Below, one piece after another: positions 27,728 to 42,497 of a stretch of 64,000 nucleotides of DNA (position 1 is its first letter; every line of letters begins with the position of its first letter). This DNA is from Octopus vulgaris (lineage: Eukaryota): assembly GCA_951406725.2 (NCBI GenBank), contig OX597814.1:177444001-177508000 (forward strand). Reading direction: 5' to 3'. The position numbers were made by a program, and so were the translations under genes. Below the pieces are notes generated by a model, which ran no database searches, was not told the DNA's origin, and saw only the letters and a program-made list of their open reading frames with translations.

Positions 27728-27885
27728 CGACAGGTTTCTTTCAGTTTCTGTCTACCAAATCCACTCACTTGGCTTTGGTCGACCCGAGGCTATAGTAGAA
27801 GACACTTGCCCAAGGTGCCACGCAGTGGGAATGAACCCGGAACCATATGGTTGGTAAGCAAATTACTTACCACACAGCCACATAT
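27728..27885 (-). mobile_element. CORE-like SINE 5' half
   Basis: Reverse complement of the 6879 head. Confidence 0.9.
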
Positions 27886-28361
27886 ATATTCACATAGATA
27901 CGTATACCTTCAAAGAAAATCAGACAAATATGTCTGTGTGAACGCAACACATGTATATATGGTTGCTTATATGTGCATTCGTATATGTGTATGTGTGTGT
28001 GTGAGTGTGTGTGAATGTGTCTCTGTCTGTTTATATGTCTATGTAGATTATGAAATACAACGAAAATATCTTGTGCATATTCTCATTGGAATTACTATGC
28101 AACGTATGTTTGTCAAGTTCATGAAAGATTCATTTGAGTGCAGTAGACAATATTGTATATCATTGATTGCTTGTCTGAGTTAGTAATTGACCGACTGGTT
28201 GATTTTCGATGGTTTAAATTTTACAAAAACCACAAGTGCCTTCACACGCTCACACCTAATTAGCTGAAGGTTAATTGCAACGGATATACACAGTCTTTAT
28301 TCGCCGCTGGCATGAGGTGAAGTGGGTCAACCTGTGTAGTAATTAGTCCTTAACTAATTAC

Positions 28362-28424
<63 letters not shown>

Positions 28425-28456
28425 CATATATATATGTGTGTGTGTATATATGTATT

Positions 28457-28501
<45 letters not shown>

Positions 28502-28741
28502 AGAGAGAGAGTTTGTGTATTATATGTATGTATGTGTGTGTGTGAAAGAGTGTATGTCTAAACATACGCTTATATATAACGAGAGAGAGGGAGAGGAGGA
28601 GAAGAAGAGAGAGAGGAGAGGCAGGAAAGGGAGAGGAGAGAGAGAGAAGTACGTATGTGCATTTGTATATTTTTAAATATACATGTGCATATGTGTGAAT
28701 ATATTTGCATACACATTACCACATGTAGACGTGTATATATT

Positions 28742-28779
<38 letters not shown>

Positions 28780-30252
28780 TACACGTCTGAGTTCCCATGA
28801 GAGAACTGAATACAGTCATAAAGTGTATTTATTTACTGTACTAATAAGATTAATCTATAATACGACTCTGAGGTCACTCTATATTTCTTGTCACGTAACT
28901 AATTTCTGATGCACAAAATATTATGTCTATGAATGTGTGCCAACTTCAAATGAAAAACAAAATATCTAAAGCAGGTTTCGTTCATATCCTATGGAGGTCA
29001 TCGTTGTTTTTCCATCTTCGAGTGTTCTCAAAAAATTATCAGAATCAGTCATATATTGGAGACTATTTTAATCGGCAGCAGTGCTGTGCTGTAATTGCTA
29101 GGCCTTGCTGTTCCTTGATGGAAGTGTATCAGTTGCATGGGTAGACTTCTGTACAGTTTTATATAGGCTTTCCATCTGGTTGTATATTATGGCATGGTGA
29201 GAAATCTGTGTCACTACACATACTTTATCAACACAACCTTTAGCAAGACTTTCCAGGAGCCGATCCAGGTTTCACGAGGAATATAGAAGGTAGAAATCAT
29301 TAGAAAACTACATTTTATAGTTCCCATCATATGCAAAGAAAAGTCGGCATCAGAAGAACTTGACCCTAGAATATAAAAGAATATATTTAAATAGTGGAAA
29401 CTATTTTGACAGCCTGTGCACTAAGTTTTACATCCTACGTCGTTGTTTCATCGGATATTAATTTCAGACATTATCACAAGGCGATAATATGGTCTATAAA
29501 ATCGATATAATTACTTGACTAGTAATGATTTTATCAATCTCAGAAAAATCAAAATCCTTTGGTGGGTTTTTCAACTAATAACGTGAAAGAGTGTAAACAA
29601 AATGCCGGCAAATATTTCTTTTAGTAATGAGAACGCCAAAGAATATTCCTTGAAATAACTACAGCAGTCAAACTGTTCTCAAATCGCACGTCATTCTCTT
29701 AAAACTCATGGTTCATTTGGTTAATGCAACATTGGATTCATTGTATATAGTACATGTAGGACGAAGTATACATGTTTTATACCGTTGATCATAGAACTGC
29801 CTGATTAGTGCGAAACAGAGTACTAAGTAACACCGCCACCATTACAAACAAGAACAGCAAAACCAGTAAGTTTTCTTCAGATCTGTAATAATTATAAAGC
29901 AAATCACCTTCAGTTCACACCTGCGTCGAACAAGGAAGGGCACACCTTCGGATAATGCGGTTCCAGATACAAAATACTCGGAAAGGAAAATGGACTGATT
30001 GTCATGAACTGAATACAGTCATAAAGTGTAATTATTTACTGTACTAATAAGATTAATCTATAATACGACTCTGAGGTCACTCTATGCTTGGATTAAAAGT
30101 ATTCTCAGTTGATCAGAGTTGAACTGAGGTTAAACAACGGTAATAACTTGAAACAAAATAACTACAGCAGTAACCCAATCCAAGAGTGAGAATTATTTCT
30201 CATTTTGACGAATTTTATAAGATCAGAGCTTTGAGTCTCTTATGAGACTCAC

Positions 30253-30309
30253 CTTCACACACGCAAGAAGTTGTGAAGAAAAGGCAGATAACAAATTGGA
30301 AATATGAAC
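30253..30309 (-). CDS. Candidate 57-nt exon (phase 1->1 SYFQFVICLFFTTSCVCE-G; frame 0 VHISNLLSAFSSQLLACVK also open)
   Basis: Strong acceptor tttactgtttggttttgtcag|G and donor AAG|gtgagt; frame ambiguous. Confidence 0.5.
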
Positions 30310-31522
30310 CTGACAAAACCAAACAGTAAAAATGATAAACAAAATGAGCAACATGGAGCCGTCTTCAAATAGTAACATAGTTAAACATAATAACAAGATT
30401 AAGGCGTTAGAGTGATTATTCTTATCTAATATGACGTTGTTAGTAAGTGCATATTTCTGTAAAGTTTTCCTGGAGACAACAAAATAAAATACAAAGCAAA
30501 AGGAAAGTAATGGAGTTCCCAGTAGAATACAAATTATGGAGGCCAACATAAAGACACGATATACGTGGTACATTATTTGAAAATTTTAGTAGCCATGTTC
30601 TGGCTAAAGGCAATTTGAACACGTTATACGCGAGCTTATGAAATGCAATTAACAAGAAGTCATCGAAAATGCGTTACGGTATACACACAGCACTTCTAAT
30701 ATATGTACACACACACACACACACATACATGTATTACTATTTTTTTATCATTCATTTACTCTCTACACCACTGTTATTTCATATCGTCTTTCTAATTTCC
30801 CCCATCTCTCTTCCCTCTCTCTGTATTGCAGAGCGCTTTATCTTTCGTTTTTTTACTAACATCTCACCTTTTACTTATGTTCTCCTCCCTTTTTCACCAT
30901 CCTCCTCCCCTTATTTAACTGTTTACTTACATAAACTCTTTCTCTCAGCTTGTCAATCTTTTCCATAAATTTATCTGCGTATTTAACCAACCACTTTTTA
31001 TAGAATTTTTTTTCAGTCTTTATTTCGTTCTCGGGCCTCCTAATGCAGCTATTGCACTATCTTTCCAATGTTGTTATATACATACATACGTACACAAACA
31101 CACACATGCACAGAGACACATACGCACAAGCACACATATAGTGAAGGATAGACGAGGATATCGATACACACACACACACACACACACATATAGGCAGAGG
31201 AATGAAAAAAAGCGACAGGATTGATCTCTGCCCTACCACTGCTGTGCATTGCACTTTTTTGACGATAAAGAATAGCTTACATCCATAACGAAATTCATAC
31301 AAGAAATGGTGATGTTAAAGCATGACTGGTGGTAGGCGGATGCGTTATAGATGAAGGTACATAAAAAACCCCCCAAAAACCCAGAGAAGTTAGGGATCAG
31401 TGGTAGTAGAGGTGAAGGGCAACCTATTTCACATTGCAGAAGACACTCAAACAGTAACCTACATATTTCTTGTAATACACTCTTGTACACATACGCTCTC
31501 TCTCAAGTAACAGAATAAAACA

Positions 31523-31587
<65 letters not shown>

Positions 31588-31790
31588 GGGAGATTTTACG
31601 GATAAAAACAAAAGACGAAGACAGGTGGTGTACAAAACAAACAGATGTATTAGTATAACGCTCAGGAATAGAAAAAGTCTTTTACGTTTCGAGACTACGC
31701 CCTTCTACAGAAAGGGACACAGAAAACAAGGAGAGAAACAAGTAGAGAAAAAATGTGTGTATAGTGGCTAACGATCTATCATGGCGTCAC
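31588..31790 (-). mobile_element. Short (TA)n-associated repeat family with hammerhead-like motif (other copies at 58886-59161 and 60865-61045)
   Basis: Three homologous loci; the minus-strand consensus is cttt-CTGWWGA-a-gagc-gtag-gctc-GAAA-cg-TA-aaag. Confidence 0.7.
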
Positions 31791-32351
31791 GTACTAGGTA
31801 CATTACGTTTTGCTCCATTTTCTCTCGTTATAATCTGATTTTATATTTGTTTACGGATGTGCTTGTGTAGTATTATACATATATAACTTTTTCTTGCCCA
31901 TTCCTTCCTTCTTTCTCTTTCTATGCTGTTGCACCAGTGTATATCAATCAGTGTCATTCCGTGTCTACCCAAATCTCATTCTGCTTAACATAGTGCAAAC
32001 AATTTTCTTTTTATTTATAGTTCTTTGTTACCTAGCAACTCTATGAACATTTAGCCAAGTCTGACACCTACGCTTGTCTCATCATTCCCAATGCGAACTT
32101 CTAAACACCTAGTGTTTCACTTCTCCTAATTCTCATTGATTTTAAGCTACTTTCATGAAAAATATAAAATGTCTCAGTTATTTTATATTTTACATATATT
32201 TAAATTATTTTCAGAATTATTTTAACAAGTTTTGTCCATATTCTTATAAAGCTACAATATTTTCGACTTCTTAATATTTTTTTCTCTTCGTCAAATTTTG
32301 CTTGCTTTGGCATTTCTGTACTTGTCTTTGCCACTATGGCAACCAATAAAC

Positions 32352-32387
<36 letters not shown>

Positions 32388-32704
32388 GCACACACAAACA
32401 CGCGCACACGCACACATTTGAACATCCTCACAGGAAAAGAGACTCGAAAGTAAATACTTGCTATTCATTACAATAAATATAATATACATATAATTCATAA
32501 TTTTTCCGAAAGATATATGAATACATTTAAGAATATATCTTAATATTTGTAGCCAGTATTTGTTTTCGAGTGTCCTTCCATGTTAACAAACTTTATATTA
32601 AATTGTCGCTCTAAGCATGAATTTATTAGGTTGTTTATCGAGCACTCTACTGCCAAAGCGTTTTACATAATATACTTCATTTTGTTTGCTTACTTTATAT
32701 ATAC

Positions 32705-32747
<43 letters not shown>

Positions 32748-33437
32748 GGAGCAGGATGAGTGACCACACACATATTATATATCTATGTATATCTATGTAT
32801 GTATATATATATATATATACATGTACACACAAAAAAACAACAACACAGAAATATTGTTAAGTATGCATATTATATATTATAGAGTTAAGGTTTTTGCAAA
32901 AGTTCTCTGCTTTCGCTAAATTATATAGTGGTTCTCTGGAACCCAATATTTGCTCTGTAGTTATATTTAATTTGTATTGAGTCCAATTTGCAATTCTGGT
33001 GTTCTTGAATTCAAGCATTTTCCCATACAAGCGTATATTCATAAACATGTGTATATATGTATATATATCTCATACACGCACGGAGGCAGACACCTTCAAG
33101 TAACAACATTGGAATAAGCACGCACTATATTACATCCTGTACAAAATGAAAAGTATATTACTTTACGTTGCAATTCAATTTTTTTTTAAATGTACTCTTA
33201 CGGGAAAATTTCTTATTGAATCTAAATATTTGGTAACTTTTATATCATATAAAAGTTCGAAGCCATACGTGAGGGGTAAACGAAGGTCGATTCTACATTT
33301 AATTTAATTTCTTTTTCTTTTGGTTTAGTTCAAATAACAGCAAAGTGGTTCTATCTTTTTATGATGTCAATATATATCTGTGAATTGTTCGATTTAGTCT
33401 AATTTTAAACAAAGAAGGTAAGACTTAAATACACACG

Positions 33438-33483
<46 letters not shown>

Positions 33484-33529
33484 TGCATATGTGTGTGTGT
33501 GTGTGTGTGTATTACATGTATGTATATCA

Positions 33530-34066
33530 TTCCAAGCCCTGCACTACCGACGCATGAAGCTCAATGAAAAGCAGACTGGATGCACTGGCCCTGGAGGAAT
33601 GCGATCTCTGATCCAAATTCATGTCACGGAATCGATGGTGACTCGTCGGTTCCCCAGAATTACCTCTCAAGCTTGTTGAAACCTGGAAGTTGATGGGCAA
33701 CCTAATTCCTCTTCCTGTTTCACGCTTGACTGGCCGATTTTAAACCTCTCAGTCCACTCATACATATTTTACGCAGTAGAGTGTGTCCCCGCATTGTACT
33801 GAAAGCTTGCGATGAATTACATGCCCTGACACACTTTCAGACCAAAGAAATCGGTTCACTGATCTCTGTTCTTTGGTACATACATCCAGCGGTGCAGCCA
33901 TGCTTACTCTGTAACACAAAAGAAACAAAATCTGTAGCAACCAAAGTCCAAATTCGATTTCGTAACCAAAAATGAGTCACCTTTTAGCACGCGAGCGTTG
34001 AAGGCATACAACCAGTCTAAAGAAAGTATTAGCCAAAGTACAGATAATTTTTGACTCCTTCTTGTA
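33530..34066 (-). mobile_element. Mariner transposon 5' relic
   Basis: MAAPLDVCTKEQRSVNRFLWSESVSGHVIHRKLSVQCGD resembles the mariner N-terminal HTH; TIR-like tacaagaaggagtcaaaaattatc at the right end. Confidence 0.65.
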
Positions 34067-35489
34067 TATATTGAACATTTTAAAATGCTCCAAAGGATAT
34101 TTGATTATAATGATTTGTAAATTCCGGATATGGACACGCATGTTGAAAGCAGTGTATAAATCTTCTTAACACACATGTAGATTTTACTCCATAATATAGA
34201 AGATTTAAAACAAAGTCAACCCCATCACAAAATGTATACTGTTCCAAAAAAGTTTAGAGGAGCCCATGCACTTTTATACTAGTTTCATTTTACCCTCTGA
34301 CATATTTTTATTCAGTGACAATGAAAGGCAAAGTTGAATTAATATTGTAACGTAAAAATACACATAACTAAATTGCATGGAATGTTTTGTCAGCCGATCA
34401 ATCAATTCGGCCTTCTGTCGACTTAATGTTAATAATGCTTTATAACATATTCATAAGGCCACCGAATTTGTATAGAAAGAGACAGTCCAACAAATCCACA
34501 TTAATACTTAACTGATGCACAAGTAGGATGAAAATCAAAATTGACCTCGGCGAAATCTGATCACAGAATTAGAAATACAGCTCGCTACACCCAGTTCAAT
34601 TTATCCATCACTCTAGCCGTTTCGCGAATTTAACACCTTTGAGATCTAAACATGTTTTATAAGCAAAACAAAAACATCAGAAATCAGAAAGTTAACAAAA
34701 TCGGGTGACTAAATATTTATAGCATCGAAGTTGTGATATACATGAAGCAATTCCACTGCATAGATATAAATCCTGCTATAGGCTTAGTCTTTTACGCGCT
34801 TCATAATAAAATTGAATATTTCATCGGTGTTGAAGCATTAGTGTCAGCATTAGTGGACAATTTATGAATTTACAAAAGTTAATACGTTGTAAAGTAATTT
34901 TTAAACACTACTTACGTATCAAAGAGAATGAATCGAACAAAAAAAAAGTGACATTTCAAACTGATTTAAATCTACAGCCGTGAGTTTAAGTGAGGGCGTT
35001 CATAGAATTATCATAAAGCATGATTTGGCCATAGTAATGGGAGAAAATGTTGGCAGTTTCACTAAATGTTTTGTTATATTTCATTAAAAAAAAAATAAGG
35101 AAACCAGCGCTCAACAAAAGAAAAAAAATGAAAAAAAGAAAAAAAAGAGTAGTGGATAAGATGCTATGTAGTGTTTAGTTATGGTCCTTTACATTCTGAT
35201 TTCCAATCCCGCTGAGATCAATAACACATTTCACTTATAAATCGTTTCTATTATGTTAAAATATCGTATGTCCAAATTTGGTCAAATTCGTTTTTTTTTT
35301 CTTCCAATATTTGTTTTTTGCTTGCAAGAGCCGATTCTTTGGTCAAACTATCGTATCTCCAGCTGCTTCAAATGCCAAGATGCCAAATGTTGTTAAAATG
35401 TTGTATAACTTTTTTTTGCTATGGAATGGTGAAACAATGTTTTCATTTTCTAAAATAGCAAAGTTTCGGACTTACTACACTTTTGCATA

Positions 35490-35547
<58 letters not shown>

Positions 35548-35554
35548 GTGTGTA

Positions 35555-35938
35555 TCTTATACTTGTTTCAGTCATTAAACTTCAGCTATGTTAGGACACA
35601 ACCATGACGGATTTTAGTCGAACGAATCGACTTCAGCACCTTTTTAAAGCCTAGTACTAATTCTATGGGTTTCTTTTGATGAACCGTCAAGTTACTGGGA
35701 CATAGACACACCAACATCGGTTGTCAAGCGCTGGCATGGAAAAACATAGACACAAAGAAACACACACACACACACACACATTTTTTCACAACAGGCTTCC
35801 AAACGGTTTCCGTGATCAAATTCACTCACGGTGCTTTGGTCGGCCCGAGACTATAGTAGAAGACACTCGCCTAATGTACCATGCAGTGGGACCGACCCCG
35901 GGACCATATGTTGCGTTACAAACTTCTTACGCCTGTGC
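35555..35938 (-). mobile_element. Degenerate full-length 6879-type SINE
   Basis: Both halves recognisable in reverse complement. Confidence 0.8.
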
Positions 35939-38900
35939 TTACCTCTCTCTCTCTCTCCCTTTATATATATATATATCCATTTTTCTATCTATTGATATGT
36001 AGAATATATAGGTTTCTGAGATCGTTACGTAGTTCTTAGTAACAACCATTGGACCTTACCTATATAAATAATGGTCTGGGAAAATGTCTGAGAATTGCAA
36101 TTTTTTTTCATATTTACAATACATCGTGTATCTGGTGTACTATGTCTTTGAAAAGATTCGATTTCCAGTTTAAATCGATTGACTAGCTAGCAATATTATA
36201 TATTGACAATCCAATCTCATCCCTATCATCTATGAATATTTGGTTTCGATCTCAAGAAAGAAATGAATTCAATATCTCTTATCGGGAACCGAAACTAAGA
36301 GGTAATTTCAATTTTTGCTTCACCAAATTCTATTTCACTTGATTTGGACTTATATATAACCATACACGACTAGCCATAGTAACAAGGATTGCTGTTTGCA
36401 AACACACAAGCCTGAAATTTGAAGGAGTGGGTTAGTAGATACCATCGACTCTGCTATTTGGCTAATACTTTATTTTATCAATCTTGAAAGGATCTAATGA
36501 AGGGTTGTACTTGTCAAAGTTTGAACTCAGAAAGTAAAGAGGAGGGAAAAAACATCCGCAAGGCATTTTGTCCAATGCTCTAACGATTCCGCCGATCAAA
36601 CACTCTAACACAACAATAATAATACTTTTCTAAATTGAAGTATGAAAGATTTATAATACTAATAATCATTGAATAAATAGCTGTGAAATACAAATAGTGA
36701 AGTGCTTATTTGATGTGACGAGCGCGATAAATTTAAACAGTAGAGATAAAATCTCTGTTTGTGAAGTAACTAATAATGAAACAAAATAATCAGTGAATTT
36801 GTTATTTTGAAGAGAAGTTCGAAGAATCTATTAAGAGGTATGTTGATGCTCTGTTAGAATTGTTCTACTGTTAGTTGGGCAGTACATTAAATACATCCTG
36901 CATCTGTTGCTATTGTTATTATTATTGTTCAATTCAGTCCTAATAAGTCCCTCTTCAATCAAAAGTCTTCTTATCATTAAAGCATCATCATTTTATTTTC
37001 AGATATCGTATGCAGGAGCGAAACCATTTAATTTAATCGAAATCAAAGGTGACAATGTCTTCGAAAACGTTCGTCACTAGGCGAATAAAATTTGACGCAT
37101 ACGACTCGTATTGAGCTCATTGTTTGCATATGTTAATTGAACTTTTTTTTAATGAGTCTTTTAATTAAAAACAGACTTCATATATCTGAGACTACTGCGT
37201 TATCTAATTCGTGTTTCTTTCTTAGAGTGGTGAAGTGTGATTTGAAGATTAGGCTGCTAGCTTTAGACGGATGAGCAGCTGTGTAGGGAAAGGCTTCTCG
37301 TCGGATTGAGCATCTATCTGTTTATCAAGTAAGTAGACGAGAAGTTTAAGACCAGAGGTTAATTTAGTTGTAGAACATTGAAACATCATTCAGGAAATAG
37401 ACAAGTAGTTTTGATTAGTTTTGATGCTTTACAAAGATTCACACGCGACAGTAGAATAGAATGTTATTTCTTCATAGATAGCTGCTGTGAACGTTGAAAT
37501 TCACAGCTAATTCATATGGTCGTTATTGTTGTTTGGCTCCAGGTCATCTTTCATTACTCAAACAAACGATCAAAGATGTTCCAGGCGTGATCATCCTGTC
37601 TTTTCATGCATCCGTTTTTATTTTGCTCTTCCTTTTTTTTAAGATGTAAAGCTATGATTTGAGGGAGAGTTGGCATTTATTTAATCAACGACTACATAAT
37701 GTCTCGTACGATTTCTGTTGCTGTTTTGTTCTATATCAATCAAGAACGCTTATGATCACAGACATTCAAATCATGGTTTATTTTGTTTTCGTAGTAATGT
37801 ACCCTTGGTTAAACTATCCAATGCAGTGGTTTCTTTAATCGAGAAGGATGTAGTTTTGAGGACAATTTAGCAACTACTTATTGTAGTTTGAACGTCTACT
37901 TTTACAAAAATTTCACTTTGGTTCTCAGTTCATGTGGTATGAGGGAATGGATACGAACAGCTCGCTGGCGCAAAATATGTTAACGTTTCCCTGTATTGCA
38001 GAGAAGTACATTTTATACAATATTATCCCACTGTATCCAGCTATCGATAATAGATAAAGGATTATTCAGGAATATTATCTGCAGTCGAACATAATACTTT
38101 TCATGGGAGAATTTTATCTCTAATCTGCTTCTCACCGTTAACAGATCTAAAGAAAGCACGGTCCATTAAAATCTTCTGTGGGCTTCGGAAGCATTAAAAT
38201 TACAATTATATTTTTATTATTGTTGTTATTGATATTATTGTAGTTGCTATTGTCGATTTTTATTTGCTTACATCGTGGTTAGTCCCAATAAGGTAAAACC
38301 GCATGGTGTGGTTTGAAAGTAATATGGTTCTTATTTCTGGTAAGTCTATTCACCTAGTGGAGTCATCCTCTGTGATTTGTTTATTTGTTTTTGGTTGCTA
38401 CTACAAGTATACGAGCCCATTTTTTGAACTGATAATATAATTCGTATAGGATGCTCAACTCCTAAGTATAAGTTCAAATGTACAAGCAAATGTTCCTTAG
38501 GACAGCAAATTTAATTCTAAACGTTTCAGTTAAGTTAAATGTCAGGATTAGACAGCAGCTAATTTATCTTAAGGTCTATCAACATTACATTCACTTTTAT
38601 AGGAATATTTAATCGACCACATCCATACTTTATATTCTATCGACTCTGGAATTCTGAAAGTCAAAGTTGATCTCGGAGAGATTTGAATTAATAATTCCAC
38701 CGCAGTTGACATTTGACAATGGAACGTGCAACAGGTTGACGTCCTATTCATGAAGACGTAGAATTCTCATTCGCATAACATTGTAAAACTTGATATATGC
38801 AGTGACTTTACATAATTTATTCCAGCACGTACGAGTGCGATTTTAGGTTGTCACTACATGTCCGAATGCTATTTGCAAACCAATAAAGGTGACGTCATGT

Positions 38901-39551
38901 AATCACACGCGATACTGAAACTAGCACCGAAATCTTCCACAAATTTTACAATGTCTTAAAAGAGTAGATGAACACACTGTCAAAAGTAGTCCTAGATACA
39001 CTATGTTTGAAAATATGACAAAGTGGTCACGACTGAAACGCTTTTGGTCATTTGTCTGATCATTAAAGCCTGACATGTCGTTAACAACAATCACAACAAT
39101 AATGAGACGTTTGTATGAAAAGAATACATTTCTTAAAAAACGTAACGTATATGCAAAAGTTTTTTTATAGTAATTATTAAAATTAAAATATATCATTGAA
39201 AAATTTACATGAAAATGTTTCATTTAATGACGCGTGTGCCGATTTTCTGTAATAAAAGAAATCAACTAATGAGATAAGAAGAATAATTCAAGCTAACGAT
39301 ATCAAGGGAAAGTCTTTTAACTGCGATGATTGTAATGAAACGATTGTTTTTCTCTTTTAAATTGTATCTCTGCTTCAGAAAACATTTCAATTCCATTAAA
39401 ATTTCAATTAAAAGGGTAATAACCCTCAACTACAGATATAAAAAACATTTTTTATCAGTTTCAAACTTTCAATGTGATTCGAAGAAAAGTTATATTTCAG
39501 AAGATATCTGTTCATGATTCATGCATATATAAATACACATATATACTAATA

Positions 39552-39939
39552 CTAGCAGTATCGCCCGGTGTTGCTCGGGTTTGTTTCGACCCTTTAGAAT
39601 TGGAATTTTTGAAAAGTAAAACTTTTACATTATGTAGCTTGCTATTCTCTTTAAGTGAACATTTTTCTGGTTGAAATACATCGAAAAATGGAAACACAGC
39701 AGTCAAAAAATCGTAAAAAATGGTATTTTTCTTAGAAAAAAAGCACCTTTTTGATATAAATAATTTTTGGTCTTAACATGGTCCGATTTGAATTTTATCT
39801 GCTACGTAATGAAGAGCAAGCCTTCTTCTATCATACTCTCAATTTTGGTCAACTTGCGCCGCAGGGTCTCGGAGAAGATAGTGTTAGTTGAAGGCTATCA
39901 AATCTGCCACACAGACAAATTCAGCTTTATATATAGAGA
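39552..39939 (-). mobile_element. Non-autonomous Helitron
   Basis: Minus strand a|TC...cccgagcaacaccgggcgatactgCTAG|t: canonical TC/CTAG termini in an AT target, with a GC-rich subterminal motif. Confidence 0.75.
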
Positions 39940-40789
39940 TTTATAAATATGTAATGGAATAGTACCAGTCAAAGATGACTTGAATGCTCCTCCATTTTAT
40001 GAAGGACTAGTTAACAAGCTAAGAATAGCAAGACAGACCTCGGCCAAATTTGAACTCATAGAGTAGAAATTTATGACTAAATACTGCCAAGTACTTTTAT
40101 ATTACGTTCTTACAGCTGTGTCAATGTACTCAGTATGTACCAGATAAAGTACTGCGGTAGATATCCATCAAAATCCTTAAAGCATGGCACCTTAACATAG
40201 TGAACCACCAGCAGGTTATAAAAGCTTATGTAGATAGACACGTTGTTAATGTATGTATCTGAATGCTTGTCTAATGGGTCTATATATCAGTGTCTATTCA
40301 TCTGCAACAAACGCCAAGTGCTACGTATTTTTCACAAGTGACGTCAACCCAAGCATGAATAACTTTCCCTCTACATCTCTCTATTATATAAGCCCGCGTG
40401 CTAATTTCTATATTTCATGATTAAATATTTATTCAAATCTTTCCTCTCTCTCTCTCTCTCTCTCTCCAGCCCCTCGTACAACTCTCTGTCGCGTGTTGTC
40501 TCTTCTCACTGTTCTTTTTGTAACAGTGTTCCTCTTTATATAGGTGCCTGGATCTGGAGTGATAGTGATCAATATTGTGGCAGAAACATTCTAAAAGAAA
40601 GCATTTACAGAAATAGAAAAATGTATATACATATCTACACATACGACCGCACACGCTCATGCGCGCACACACACACACACACACTCACATACACATACAT
40701 ACATACATATACATACACACTCACAAGAACATATGTAAACACGTACTTCTTTCTCTCTTTTAGTATGATCTACTATTACAGAGAGGTGG

Positions 40790-40960
40790 GATTTGGGGTT
40801 TCCATGCTGTACTGTTTTCACTTATAAAATTCACTCAGTAGACATTATAGAGTCGGTGCTATTGTAGAAGACACCTACCCAAAGTAACACGTATTGGGAA
40901 TGAGCCCGAAACCATGTGGTTGCAAAGAGACCTTAATCACACTGCCTTGTCTCTGCCTGT
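40790..40960 (-). mobile_element. Degenerate CORE-like SINE head
   Basis: gtagaagacacctacccaaagt...gaaaccatgtggttgcaaag resembles the 6879 head. Confidence 0.65.
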
Positions 40961-41626
40961 TCCGAAAAGCATATAAATATGTTTTTATATTTTACATACA
41001 ACATACATGAAGAGATAGACTTTTCGTGAGCTGGTAACTACAAATCGTAACGTTATCGGAATCTTCCAAGACCAGCTTCCCCCTAAGCGGTGTCGAACAA
41101 TATTATTATTAATAGGGTATGATTGGTTCTTTTTAGTACAATGCATTCTTATTCACTCACAAACGCACATGCATACACACACGTATATTTGTATGTATGC
41201 GTGTATGTGCATGTGTGTCTGTGTATGTGTATATTTGTATTATGCACGCATGTGAATGTGTATGTTATAACGAACGAGAGAACAGTACTCAGCTTTTATC
41301 GCAAGACTAATGAATTCACCTGATAAAATCTGCATCGTTGCGTTGCACTTCTATGTCCTCAAACGATTCGTTAAAACGATTATTAAAATTAACAATATTA
41401 TGGCAAAATTCAAGATGACGCAGAAACGGAACCACCTTTTTGCAAGGACCAAACGCATGAATATCGCATAAATTAAGTTATGGTATTCCTCTCCCTTTCT
41501 CCTATCTTCTCTCGGAATCTACAATGTAGTGCAGTGACAAAACATAACAGACAACTCTCGTTGATTATTTATTGGAAGATTATCTCTTCCACTCTATCGC
41601 AGAGGGAGACTGTGGTGACTGAGGGG

Positions 41627-41639
<13 letters not shown>

Positions 41640-41684
<45 letters not shown>

Positions 41685-42045
41685 CTCGGCAGTTTGTCTG
41701 TGCGTGTTTCTGTGTGTCTGTTTACTTGTACCTCACCCTGACCACGGCTTTCAACCGATTCTGATGAAACTTGACACACACATAGCCCAATGTCATAATT
41801 CAAAACTAACGCAGCGAAAATTTTGAAAAGTTGCCCCAGTTCTGAAAATCGATAAATTCGACATGGGGTCGAGAATCAGAAACACAAACCGCAAACTGTC
41901 TAGGGACGCAACTCCACCTTTTTTAACTAAAAAAAAATTTACCATCATTTTTTTCCATCTTTTTGCTATTTTTGGGCTATAACTCTCTAAAACTGCTTTA
42001 TAGTTATTTCCCTACAAACCCGAGCAACGCCAGGCGATACTGCTA

Positions 42046-42046
<1 letters not shown>
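41640..42046 (+). mobile_element. Non-autonomous Helitron
   Basis: Ends cccgagcaacgccaggcgatactgCTAG|t, the same 3' terminus as the 39552 element; 5' end is lost in (CTAT)n. Confidence 0.75.
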
Positions 42047-42087
<41 letters not shown>

Positions 42088-42089
<2 letters not shown>

Positions 42090-42273
42090 CAATAAGGGTT
42101 ATATTTTCGGTATGTGGTCAAGCAACTTGTTGCAAAACCCTTATTGTTATAATTGCATATGAAAACCTTTTCGTATAAGTTTTTACCGAATATGGTCCTT
42201 TTCCATACCCAAAAACTACTAGGTGAAATTTGTAGATTTTATTAAATTAATTATCTTTCACCCTATATCTGTA

Positions 42274-42313
<40 letters not shown>

Positions 42314-42497
42314 CAATAAGTGTAATATTTTCGGTATGTGGTCAAGCAACTTGTTGCAAAACCCTTATTGTTATAATTGCATATAAAAACCTTTTCGTAT
42401 AAGTTTTTACCGAATATGGTCCTTTTCCATACCCCAAAACTACTAGGTGAAATTTGTAGATTTTATTAAATTAATTATCTTTCACCCTATATCTGTA

